From Craspedostauros australis (Eukaryota): 64,000 bases of DNA. Shown here one piece after another: positions 23,385-34,532 of the stretch. The notes beneath the pieces are model-generated. The model made no database searches, was not told where the DNA came from, and was given only the letters and a program-made list of their open reading frames with translations. The translations under genes were made by a program, and so were the position numbers. The stretch's first letter is position 1. The number at the start of each line of letters is the position of its first letter. The stretch covers positions 62,001 through 126,000 of the forward strand of contig JALAGF010004851.1 of the NCBI GenBank assembly GCA_030167865.1. Direction: 5' to 3'.

Positions 23385-26363
23385 ATGAAGCTGCTGCTGC
23401 TGATCTTGCTGGCGACGACGTCGGCAACCGTATCCATGGCTCCATCGGTTGCCTCCACTCACACTGACGCTGCTTTGGGCTTCGGTGGACGGTTATATCA
23501 CCACCAAAAGCAGCAACAACAGCAAAAGCAGCAACAGCAGCAACAGCAGCAACGACAATGCAGACAATGGCATTCGCACAGGACGCCTTTGGACAGAACG
23601 CAAAGGCAGCAGCATGATGGCTCCAGCACGGCATTGACCATTGCGCTGACGAATGGCGAATTTGATCGGTGCTACGATGACAGCGACGACGAATTCCAGC
23701 TCGTTCGCAAGGACGTCATCACGAAGATGAGGCAGGGCAACTCCAGAGGCGCATTCGAGAGCCTGGAGACACTGGTGCAGCTGCTTCCTGATCTCTCGGA
23801 GGCCGATAGAAGGGCTCTTGTCGCAAGCAAGTCGTCATCGTCGTCTCGGACCATGCGTTCCGACCTGCCAACGCAAAAACAGCAGCGTTTGGAACGCATC
23901 CTGGATCAGCAGTACGTGGTTGACTCCCAATTCCAAAAGTTCTACCATCAGGCCTTTGCGGCACCGTACAAGGGCAGAGCGGCTCGGCGTCGTGTGCTCA
24001 TTGGCCTCGAGAGCATCCACCTGCAGCTGTCTTCTGCGAACAGCAAATTCGTGCATCCCTACAACACAATAGCGAGATCCATTCTGCGCGACGCCATCCA
24101 GGCGCTGGTGGGCATCAGCAAAAAACAATCCAACTTGCCAGGAGGACATCTCTCCACGATAGATTCGGCGTATCGCCTGCTGCAGCGCATCATCTCGGGC
24201 GTCGGCGTGCGACCATCGACTCAGGTCTTTCGCGAATCGGATTTCAACATCCTCCTCAATGCGTACTGCGATGCCGGTCGCATGGACATGACGCACCAGA
24301 TCGTCGGGTTGCAGGAACGCACGGTCGGTGCCCCGCCTCTGTCGGCATACGCCTACTCCATCCTTCTCAAGGGATACGGGCGGCTGCGGGATCTCGCCAA
24401 CATTCACATGATCCTGTCGCATGCGCAGAAAAGCGGCGTCGAGATCGATACCATCATGCTCAACAGCCTCATGGATGCCTACATCAATTGCGGGCACGTC
24501 TCCAAGGCCGACGCGGTCTTTTCCGTCATGAAGAATCCGATGGATGCGGCGCACCAGGAGCGGTTCGTGCAAGAGCAGTGTCCATTGCGTCATCTGTTTG
24601 ATGACGACGGCAAGGCGTGTCCCGAACCCGATCAGCACACGTACAATACCATGCTCAAAGGCTTTGCGGTGCAGGGCATGGTGGACGACGCCGTCCTGCT
24701 CTCCAAGGAGATGTACCATCTCGACTACTGGGATGATATCACCACCAACACACTGGTACAGGCGGCTATCAACGCCAATGATTATGATATGGCGTTGGAT
24801 TTGCTTGCCCAGTACACGGTCAACATATCCGGCAATACGAACACTATCAACTACAACAACGACAGCAGCGGCAACGAGAGGAGGAGCCGTCCTCATCCCA
24901 ATGTCGAGGCCTACACCAACCTCCTGGATGCCTACGGCAAGAGAGGTAGCCTCGAAGATTCTGTCAAGGTCCTCAAGCTCATGATGAAACGTGGTGTGCC
25001 ACCCAACGAGATCACCTTTGCCTGCCTCATCGGTGCATTCGCAAGGCACGGCAAGCTGGAGAAGGTGGATCAGCTACTTGCCTACATACCGACCACCAAC
25101 TGCCAGACGACAGCCATCACGTATAATTCCTTGATTTCTGGACTACTGCACTCTAAGGCCAGCGAGACTACATGGCATACCGAACACGCGGGCAGATTGG
25201 CGCAATCGCCCGTCGACCACGCCGTCATCTACTTGGATCGCATGATGAAGGACGGCGTGCGACCCAACGCCGTCACCGTCTCCGTCCTCGTCGATGCCTT
25301 CGGTCGTCACAATCCGCCGCGTATCTCGGAGGCCAAGTCCCTGGTGGAGCAGCTCGTCAATCAGACCATCATCTCGGCCAACAACAACAAGGTCATGTCG
25401 GCCCTCATCACCGTCTGCGGTCAGGACGGCGACATCCAGGGCGCTCTCGATGCCTTCCAACAGCTCAAGCGCCCCGACCTCATCGCCATCAATTCCTTCC
25501 TCACAGCCTGCGCGCGATGTGGTAAGGATAAGATGGCGTTGCGAACCTTTCAGCATTACTTCAACACGAACAAGAGCAACAGCGGTCTGCAACCCGATCT
25601 CATCTCCTTTTCCGTCATCCTTGCCAGCCAGCTGCAAAAGTGCAGTACGGAAGGCATGTATCAAGCCTCCAAGTTCTACAATTGGATGCGACAGCTCGAT
25701 GTGTCGCCCGATAAGCCGTTGGTGGATCTGTGAGTCAGAATTGTGCTGTGTTACATGATGTTGTGTTGTATTCTGTATTGTCTCGTGCCATACGTGTGCA
25801 ACTCCACACAACATTGCACCTTGAAATCCTCAACGTCAACTCTATCAATCTCTCACACACTAATATGTACTATACATCCCGTCTGCCTTCCTCCACTACC
25901 AACAACATCACTGTGAATTGACCGGCATACACTCACACGTACGCGCACACACAGGACGCTACGACAAGCCATCCAAAAGGGCAAACAAAGCGGATTGCAG
26001 AAATCCGATGCCCGCTTCATCGCCCGCGTGCTGCGAGACGCCGAATCGTTGAACTGGCACGACGGACAGCTGGAGGTGCGTCAACGTGCCGTTGAGGCCT
26101 TGGTGCGTGGTAGCGCCTCAGCCGATCTGTGGCAGCAGGAGGCCGCCATGCAAGGCCTCTCCTCTTCGTTGGATGAGCAGGATGCCATGTTCGAGCGGCA
26201 TGGCTGGAATACGGTCGATTCGGGCTTTCGATTGTGGGGGAACGGTTCGCCGCAGCAATTGGCGGATGCCGTCAACGATGTGGGGGGCAGCGGCACCAGC
26301 GAAGACGCATTCTTGACCTCGAAAGGATGGAATGATGTTGATTCCGGGTTCCGGTTGTTCTAA
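23385..26363 (+). CDS. Pentatricopeptide-repeat protein, probably plastid-targeted; 2 exons (23385-25729, 25955-26363), ~917 aa
   Basis: Multiple PPR motifs (FNILLNAYCDAG, YSILLKGYGRL, LNSLMDAYINCG, YNTMLKGFAVQG, YTNLLDAYGKRG, FACLIGAFARHG, VSVLVDAFGRH). Signal peptide MKLLLLILLATTSATVS. Phase-2 GTGAGT...ACACAG intron 25730-25954 joins the downstream ORF. In-frame upstream ATGs (23211, 23355) make the start uncertain. Confidence 0.88.
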
Positions 26364-27536
26364 TTGCAAGTTAGAGTCGGCGACGAGACTGCTTCTCGTC
26401 TTGTTGGGCTGCGCACGAGTCATCTTCATTACTGGTTTACTTCTCTCCACCCGCAGCTCGTGGAGAGTACAACGGTCATCATATCATAGACAACAGGGTA
26501 ATGGGAATAGAGACGACTTTGAACTTGCGCTCGCACGTCCAGTCCACGCTTGCGGCACGACTCATCTCCCTCCAGCTTCACAAGTGCACGCACACGCACT
26601 TGTCGGACTTCCCAAACATGAAAATAGACAGATAGGGAAGAGGAAAGAGACAAAGATAGGAGGTATCACATCTACTTCACTCGTATCCCAATTCAGCCAC
26701 TACCGCACGACTGCCCGGATGACGTGACGAACAACTCGTGGCGGATGGGTCGGCAAACAACCAAAACTGGACTGGCTCTGTCTTGTTTCCCTCCGAGGCC
26801 CAAGTCCACCCAAGCCTCTCTGGCGCGAGGAGTTGGAGTATTCATGACTGGTGCGACTAACACGTTTGGATTCCAAGACTGGATTCTCACAAGCACACGA
26901 CTGTTTCAGTTCCGCGTTTGGAACCAGTGTCTCACGACTCTCCGAGTGATGCAACAATCCCCAGCGTTTCGAATCCGGGTTCGCGGTATTGGTGGCGTCT
27001 CCAATCACGACTGACACCAGGAAGATCGATCGTGGAAAGACCATCCCGGAAATTGTTCGCGTTGCGTTCACGTGTGATGTCGATCGCCTTTTCTTTGGCA
27101 CGACAGTCGTGGGTTGGGAGCAAAGAGGCACGAAGAAAGCGCGGTGACAGACATGAGGCGAAAGAGAAGCCCGAGGAAGGCATCATTGTGCGTTGCCTCG
27201 TGTCGAACACAATTGAAGAATGCTGCACAGGCACACAGAGAGCGAGAGAGAGAGAGAAGGCAAAGAAGGAAACGAAGCAACACAAACAAGACACACCATC
27301 CCAACACCGAGAAAGAGAGAGATTCATCACTTGCACACAAATCGCAACTCACAGCAATCGACAAAGCAACCAATCAAGCATCAATCAATCATCACAAACA
27401 GAAGCAATAGCATCACCAACATAGCAACAACGCACGACCACAAACCCGACGCACCAATCCATCCATCCATCCATCCACCAACGGTCACAATAACATCAAC
27501 ACGATAGACACCAGCAATCAGCAATCAGCAAGAAAC

Positions 27537-28340
27537 ATGACTGCAGCAACCATGACACAGACACCAGCGAACACAGCCATCAACAACATCAACATGAACA
27601 ACATGAACAGCATGAACAACATGAACAACATCAACAGCATGAGCATGAACGTGAACATGAACACCGTAAGCAACAACCAGAGCGCAGCAGGTTCCATCGG
27701 ACCAGATGATGTGCTGCTCGGAAGAGGAGGCGCCACGAACAACCACATCGGCAACAAGCGGTATAGGAAGATCGTCTCCGATTTCCAGCAGGAGTACCTG
27801 ACCGCAAAGAAGAAGAACAAGGTCGTCATCTCGAGACGCATCGTCGCTGTGGTTCACTCCAACGGCGGACGATTCCTGAAGCGCAACACCGAGATCGACG
27901 CCTGGGAGGAGGTTCCACACAAGAAGGCCACCGAGAAGACTTCGCAGGCCTTGCGCGAAGGACTCGATGTCCGACACAAGACCACACGACCCGCCAAGAT
28001 GCCGCGGCGATACAGCGACTCCAGCGATGACTCTCCAAAGAAGCGCGGCCGCGTCGTCGAGGGCGCAGTCGTCGCAGCTCCAGTCACACCGCCACCAACG
28101 CACATGTACTCCTTGCCGCACATCGCCATGATGACCGGAGCGATGGTCTCACCCGCCATCGCCCCACCACAGATGCCCGAGCTGCAGGAGGAGAAGGCTG
28201 CGATGAACCAGCGCCACATTCCAACAGCAGCGCCACCAACCGCATCAACTGCACCACCGCAGACACTCAGCACCGCCAACATCCGAATGCAGCCAACCAA
28301 GGTGCTTCAGTCCCAGTGCGAGAACGTCGAGCAAGTATGA
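27537..28340 (+). CDS. Second DUF6824-domain protein, 267 aa, with Asn/Met-rich N-terminal repeat
   Basis: DDVLLGRGGATNNHIGNKRYRKIV...GGRFLKR...WEEVPHKKATEKTSQALREGLDVR. (AACATG)-type repeat encodes NNMN units. Confidence 0.88.
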   Translation: MTAATMTQTPANTAINNINMNNMNSMNNMNNINSMSMNVNMNTVSNNQSAAGSIGPDDVLLGRGGATNNHIGNKRYRKIVSDFQQEYLTAKKKNKVVISRRIVAVVHSNGGRFLKRNTEIDAWEEVPHKKATEKTSQALREGLDVRHKTTRPAKMPRRYSDSSDDSPKKRGRVVEGAVVAAPVTPPPTHMYSLPHIAMMTGAMVSPAIAPPQMPELQEEKAAMNQRHIPTAAPPTASTAPPQTLSTANIRMQPTKVLQSQCENVEQV

Positions 28341-29294
28341 GTCCATCCATCCACATGGTACGAACACATACACCTACACACACCTACATACACGTAAACG
28401 TACACGAGCATGAGCATGAACCTGAACATATCGGCAGTGCGCGTGAGGTTCGGCCTGTTGGGAAAGACAGTCTGATAGCACAGCACACTAGAGCAGTAGA
28501 AAGCCATCTGCATGGAAATGGTAAGAACGGCTAATAGAGAACAATCAATCAATCAAAGAAACCAACATACTTGGGCGAACATCCACACCCACGCAGAGTC
28601 ATCCAGTACATGGCTGTAGTCGCAGACTAGTGTGCAAACAGAGAACATGTCAGGGTACAACAAAACACGAACATCAACACACGCGGACAACACGCAACGC
28701 CATCTTGATGTGGGCCATGCAACTGGAACATTCTATGCAGAACAAGCGTCCAACCATGCATGCGAGGGAGGTACACGCTCCCAACTTGTTCGCACAGTTG
28801 CTTCGGCCCTTGAACAACACCATTCCATGCAATCCTTGTCACCATCCACAACGATGACAACGATCTGCAACCGCCAGAACCAGTCAAATGTTGGATGCAC
28901 GTCTACTCAACTCAACTCAACTTGCCACCAAGAAGTGTCTGCGACCAACAGTCACGAACCAAACAACGCAAGCAATTGTCGAGACGTGCTCTTGCGAAAT
29001 CGCACCAGCAACAAAAAATGCATTCGTATCACCATTCTTCGAGAGCAGAACTGACACTTGGAGGTAAAGTACGTAGGTCAAATGAAGTCTGTTTTAGAGT
29101 AAGGGTTTGCGTGAATGGTAATAGGGCCACTCATGTGATTTCCTTGATTGAATCGTACGAAGAGTGTCGTTGTTTCCGCAATCACCACTTGGCACACATC
29201 CCTGTCTGATCCGAAGCCGTGCATCGAGAAATGGGTATTGGCACGTGGGCAATGGTTGGCTGGCTGCATGCATCCATGAATGTATCCATCAGTC

Positions 29295-30539
29295 CTAAGA
29301 ACTCTTGAGCTCCACCATGGATGGTGCAATGGTCAGGGCATTGACCGCAACGGACTGCTGCGGCTTCTTGACGCCATGCACGCTGTTGTACCACGCCACG
29401 GTGCGGCGGATACCTTCCTCAAAGTCCACCGACGATTCGTATCCCAACATCTTGCGGGCCTTCGCGACATCGGCGCACGTGTACGGCACATCGCCGGGTT
29501 GATCGGGCAAAATGCGAATGACGGCATCGCGTCCCACATGCTTCTGCACGAGATCGATGAATTCCTTGAGGGACGTGCCGGAGCCCTTGCCCAAGTTGAA
29601 GACCTCGTACTTGTGCGGACGATCGATGGACCGCACGACGCCATCGACAATGTCATCGATGTAGGTGTAATCGCGGCTCGACGAACCGTCGCCGTACTGC
29701 TGCAGCTCGACGCCGCGGCTGACGCGGTCGATGAACTTGAACGGCGCCATGTCGGGGCGTCCGCGCGGACCGTAGACGGTGAAGAAGCGCAGGCCCGTGA
29801 TGTTGAGCTTGTACAAATGATGGTACGTGTAGGCCAACAATTCGCACGCCTTCTTGGAGGCGGCGTAAGGACTGACGGGGTTGTCGACGTTCTCTTCCTC
29901 GGAGAAGAAGGAGGACTTGGATCCGCCGTACACGGAGGACGACGAGGCAAAGACGAAGTTCTGCACGCCGAACTTGTGCGCGAGTTCCATGAGCTGCGTG
30001 GTGCCCTTGATGTTGGAATGGATGTAGACGAATGGGTCCTGGATGGACGGACGGACGCCAGCGCGTGCGGCCATGTGGCAGACCCATCCCGGGCGCTCCT
30101 TCTCGAAGATGGAGAGCATGAAGTCCTCATCGCAGATGTCGCCCTTGTAGATGGTGAGTCTACCTTCTTCGGGGTACTGCTCCTGCAGGAGGCGGAGGTT
30201 GGACTCCTTGATGGTGACATCGTAGTAGTCGTTCATCTCATCGACAATCACAACATCGTCGCCGCGTGCCAGGAGGAAGCCAGACACGTGACTTCCGATG
30301 AAGCCGGCGCCTCCCGTGACGAGGACCTTCTTGTAGCCCTCGTGAGGTGGCACCACGGTGACCTCCGCGGCACCGAACACGGTGTTCTTCTCGTCGAGCA
30401 CATGGGAGCTCTCGGCACGCGACATGGTGGACGTGGCGGTCTCGTTGTCGGTGCTGGGAGATTCGTTGGATTGGTTGGAGCTGTCGTCATCGCTGGCGCA
30501 GAGAACCGGCATGCTGGCGGAGTGGTGGAATCCCTTCAT
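29295..30539 (-). CDS. GAE: UDP-glucuronate 4-epimerase (extended SDR family), 414 aa
   Basis: VLVTGGAGFIGSH, HMAARAGVRPS, FASSSSVYG, catalytic YAASK, LRFFTVYGPRGRPDMA, RDYTYIDDIVDG, QPGDVPYTCAD. Confidence 0.9.
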   Translation of the reverse strand: MKGFHHSASMPVLCASDDDSSNQSNESPSTDNETATSTMSRAESSHVLDEKNTVFGAAEVTVVPPHEGYKKVLVTGGAGFIGSHVSGFLLARGDDVVIVDEMNDYYDVTIKESNLRLLQEQYPEEGRLTIYKGDICDEDFMLSIFEKERPGWVCHMAARAGVRPSIQDPFVYIHSNIKGTTQLMELAHKFGVQNFVFASSSSVYGGSKSSFFSEEENVDNPVSPYAASKKACELLAYTYHHLYKLNITGLRFFTVYGPRGRPDMAPFKFIDRVSRGVELQQYGDGSSSRDYTYIDDIVDGVVRSIDRPHKYEVFNLGKGSGTSLKEFIDLVQKHVGRDAVIRILPDQPGDVPYTCADVAKARKMLGYESSVDFEEGIRRTVAWYNSVHGVKKPQQSVAVNALTIAPSMVELKSS

Positions 30540-32463
30540 CTTGATTTGATTGATTGATTGTTTGTTTGTTGGTTTGTTGTTGTTGTAGGAACGTGTTGGT
30601 GGGTGGTTACTTGTCGTTGGCTGTTCGTTGCGTGAAGTTGTCCTGACGATGATGATCAGCTGGGTCAGTGTGAAATCCTAGTATCACGTTGGTTCCCCCT
30701 GTTGGTGCGTTAGTCATCACGGATGGATTGGTGAATGGAATGATGGATGGATGAGGGGCGGCCCGTGCAGGCAACGAAGTGGTTCCGATCGGCAGATTGG
30801 AAACGAAAGAGTTGGAAGCATCATGAAGAGACATGTGAGCAGATTCGAAGCGAAGATGGGAGTGAAGTGGTGCAATCGTATTCATCCTCGCATTCACACT
30901 ACAGGTATGCTCGATGCGGATGCGCCATCGTCGATTTGGGATGAACGTGAATGATGTCACGCAGCGAACAGTGCATGGTGGCCATCACCGATCATTCGTG
31001 AACTTCGCCGTCTCTTTTCCTCCTTGTCATTCGTCATGGTGATCATCCAGTCACATCTCCGTCAAACTCATCGTGAAGAGCAACCCGATTTGGCAGATGC
31101 CCCGATAGTCCTCCGACGCAGCAATTTCGTTTGCACATCATGCCACGGCACATCGCATTGCGTTGCATCGAATGACTCACCTTTCACGCAAGATTGTCGG
31201 AAGTTGTTGTGCGGAAACGTTGTTGCAATCTACTCGTTCCTCTGGGTTGGAGAGGAACGTTCAACTGGTGTGGATGTGGGTGGGGATGGTTTGTCGAAAG
31301 TTAGACAAGAGATGGAGGATTGTGATCCTTCGTTCAAGATTTCTTCCTTGATAGTCTCGTGATTGTGATGGTTGTGACCGATGATGTGGAGAGGTGTTTG
31401 ATGTGTTGTGATTTCTGTTTCCTGTTTCTGGTCGGCGTGCGGAAGTCGAAGGTCGAGAGCGCAAGTGTGGAACGATGGCTGCAGATTCCTTGGGGAAGGA
31501 GGGCTGTGTGGATGGATGGATCTGTTCGTTTTGTTTCCTTTCCCCCTTGCTCTCTGTTTGTCGCCTGTGCTACTCTGTTCTGTTCGTGCATTGCCTGCCA
31601 CTTGGCGTTCCTCTTGCGATGGGCCGTTGCCGTTGCGATTGCTGTCGTTGCCGTTCCGTCGGAGGTGGCCATCGAATCCGTACGAACACTTTTCCCGCTT
31701 GGTTTCCCCTGCTTTTTGTTCCATCAGCACACAAACCTCGTCAGTCTTCGCATCATTTTTTTGATGGTTGGTGACGACGATGATGATGATGATGATGTGT
31801 GGTCCCTCTCGCGTGCAAAACTCATGTGAGAGGTCGTTGTTGCGTCAGCAATCCTGAAAATACGATTGGCTGGCGACTGACGCGATTGCAGAGGGGGCGT
31901 TAAATACCACGATTTGCGAAATCATCTTGCTTGCGTCACTCAATCGATCTTGTTCTCTGGCGATCCAACCAAGGAGCAAACCTGTGATTCGTACGAAGCA
32001 ATCGTGTATGTCGGGAATCTGCCACAAGCGCCCCAAAACGAAACTGACTCAGCTCTTGTTCATCGGAATCTCTCGGATTCCTGTACGCAGACGGAACTTG
32101 GAATGGGGCATCATCACCAAAGGCGAGCGTTGGCCTCAGTGTGGGGCAAGGCACAAATACTAACAAATGATCAAGGCAATAGAGTACTGTAGAGTAGAGT
32201 TGGATGCTCCGGCTATGCTTCTTAGTTTAGGTATTCCATACATAATAGGTGCAGAATAGATAGATTGGGAGGAGCAAGGGAGTGCAGTGCTATTCCATTT
32301 CGAGTCGTCGTGTGTGAAAGACGTTGATGGATTTCGGCATCATGAGGTGGAGTTGAGGAAAGTCCAGATTCAACGGTGACTTGGATGGACATCTGCATGT
32401 TTCACTCGCTCTCTCTCTCTCTCTCTCTTTGTCTGTCTCGCTGTCGCTCTGTTGCTGATTTGT

Positions 32464-34011
32464 TCAACCTCTGAGCAGCTCTTCCACTTCATCCGGCGTC
32501 ACATCCGCGACGCTCTTATGCTTCCATCCCTTGAACGGCTGCGTCGCAGATGGGTTTTTGCTCGTGAACTCCGCCCAATTCCGAAAGTCCTCGCCTTGCA
32601 TCAGCTTGCGTTGCACACGTTGCTCTCGATCCATGCACTGTCGCAGCGTCGTCGGATTGCTCGTACCCATGAGCATGAGCCGGTGTACCGAATGCAACGC
32701 CAGCGGCGAGGCGGCCTCCATGCTCCGCACGAAGCTGCGGGCAACACGGATGCCCTCCATGATTTCTTCGTCGTTGGATTCCTTGGAAGCGATCTGGTGG
32801 AAGCGCGCCAAGATTCCGACCAGGTCCCTTTCCGCTTTGAAGATATGATCGAATGTGGCCGCGTAATCCACCAGATTGCTATTGAAAAAGGACGATTCCC
32901 ACGGAATATCCTCGACGTCGAATGCTGCGTCTTCCGCGTTGAGATTGAAGTCATCCATGGGAAGGTCGTTGGTGGGGCAGATGTCGTATTCCGACACCTG
33001 GTTGATGATCTGGGAGACGACGATGTTTCGGAAGGGAGTGTTGGGATCTGGAAATCTGCTGCTGCCGTAGTAATGTTTTCTCTTCTTCAGCAAGGCCTGT
33101 CCACTCCACGAATTCATCGATGCAAGGGCCTCCTCCAGATGCTCCAACGACTCCGTCGAAGACAGTAGGTGGGTGGCGAGCCCGGTCTCCACCATGTCGT
33201 AGGCATTGGCCTGGAACCCGGTGAGGGCCAGGATCATGCCGCATGCCTTGTAATTTTGGCTTTGCTGTTTCTGCTCCGTGCCGAGACGAGGCAGGAAGTA
33301 CGAGAAACCCACAGGGTCCAGACCCAACCCGCGTGATGGGTTCATGATGCAAAATGAGCTCTGTCTGGTCGCCAGGACGAAACTGCCTGTGCACAACGCG
33401 TAACCTCCATCGCTGACTGCGCCGTGCGGCGCTGTGATGACCGGCACCTTCGTGGCCTGATCCATCCCGCTGACGGCATTCGCCAAGTTCTTCACGCCAC
33501 TGAGCAAGTAGTCCACCTTCTCGGCGCTCTTGTAGTCACCGGACTCATACAGTTTCAGGGGATCGTAACCGCCCGACACGTGCCACGTCTGGCCTGGCAC
33601 AGGATCGTCATCGATGGGAAGCGGAGACAGGTTGGCGGTGTCCAGATTGGCGATGTAACTCGGCAAACAGCCTTCCGCAGCATCGTCACGATCGTCGGTG
33701 GCGATCAGGACCGAGTTGAGCGCCTCGTTGTTGGCCAGGACCTTGACGCGGTGCGCCAGCCCGTGCATCTCCCTGCCGCTCATGTGCGGATCGAGGAGGA
33801 AGACGCGTCGGCTGTTGCCCATCGGTCGGATGAACGCGCTGGCGCCCTGCACGCTTTCGCCGGATCGCGTGGGGATGCTGATGATCTCCTCCGGTGCCCC
33901 GGCCTGTTCCGCGAGCTCCTTCGCACGCGAACGTTCCGCTGCCGCCATCTTGGCCATGCGCTTCGACATGCGGGCCCGCGGGATGATCTTCGTCGCGACG
34001 GATTGGCTCAT
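32464..34011 (-). CDS. Divergent 3-hydroxyisobutyryl-CoA hydrolase-like (crotonase/ECH_2) protein, possibly mitoribosomal mS47-like; 515 aa
   Basis: Crotonase landmarks KVPVITAPHGAVSDGG, GLGLDPVGFSYFLPRL, GMILALTG...DMVETGLATH, SPLAL..VHRL, CMDRE.RV....MQGEDF, W....VADVTPDEVEEL. Arg/Lys-rich N-terminus compatible with a mitochondrial presequence. Confidence 0.75.
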   Translation of the reverse strand: MSQSVATKIIPRARMSKRMAKMAAAERSRAKELAEQAGAPEEIISIPTRSGESVQGASAFIRPMGNSRRVFLLDPHMSGREMHGLAHRVKVLANNEALNSVLIATDDRDDAAEGCLPSYIANLDTANLSPLPIDDDPVPGQTWHVSGGYDPLKLYESGDYKSAEKVDYLLSGVKNLANAVSGMDQATKVPVITAPHGAVSDGGYALCTGSFVLATRQSSFCIMNPSRGLGLDPVGFSYFLPRLGTEQKQQSQNYKACGMILALTGFQANAYDMVETGLATHLLSSTESLEHLEEALASMNSWSGQALLKKRKHYYGSSRFPDPNTPFRNIVVSQIINQVSEYDICPTNDLPMDDFNLNAEDAAFDVEDIPWESSFFNSNLVDYAATFDHIFKAERDLVGILARFHQIASKESNDEEIMEGIRVARSFVRSMEAASPLALHSVHRLMLMGTSNPTTLRQCMDREQRVQRKLMQGEDFRNWAEFTSKNPSATQPFKGWKHKSVADVTPDEVEELLRG

Positions 34012-34532
34012 CTTTCACTTAGCGATGGGTTTGGTCTCACCGTTGATGTATTCTCTCTGGAAGGAGGATGGCGCTGGAGGACGAGCTAGGTGCTCTGCTA
34101 CGACTATGCATAGAATACCACCTCCTGGAATTGTGCGGTCATCAAGACCATTGTGGCTGATGATGGACCGGACCCATCACCATGGTCGATCTTTTGTTTG
34201 TGGTTGTCGCGTTTGACCATCCACAAACTATCGAATACCGTCTGTCCGTATGCTCCGCCAGAAGGCTCGAGGAACTGTCGACTCGTGCGAATCAAGAGAT
34301 GAAAACAGCGACGAGCATTCGCGTTTGTCGCCGTCACGCTGTGGCAAATCACCAGAACAACAAAACGACCGTGAAAAAAAACGGGGAGATGGAAATGGCC
34401 AACAGCAACAACAGCAATAACAACGACAACAACGACGACAACGACAGTAGTGTCAACGCTGCCCAGTGACGCCAACAGCGACTGCATCAACCAGCACAAA
34501 CCACACCAAGACAAAGACGAAGGCATTGTTTG

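Noticed and set aside
23835..25049. 404-aa - strand ORF
   Set aside because: Antisense to the PPR gene; no independent coding signal.
26900..26990. TTCGAATCC T-loop-like motif suggesting a tRNA
   Set aside because: No T-stem, acceptor stem or D-arm could be folded around it.
29280..30557. 425-aa + strand ORF (and 295-aa alternate-frame ORF)
   Set aside because: Antisense/alternate-frame shadows of the GC3-rich epimerase gene.
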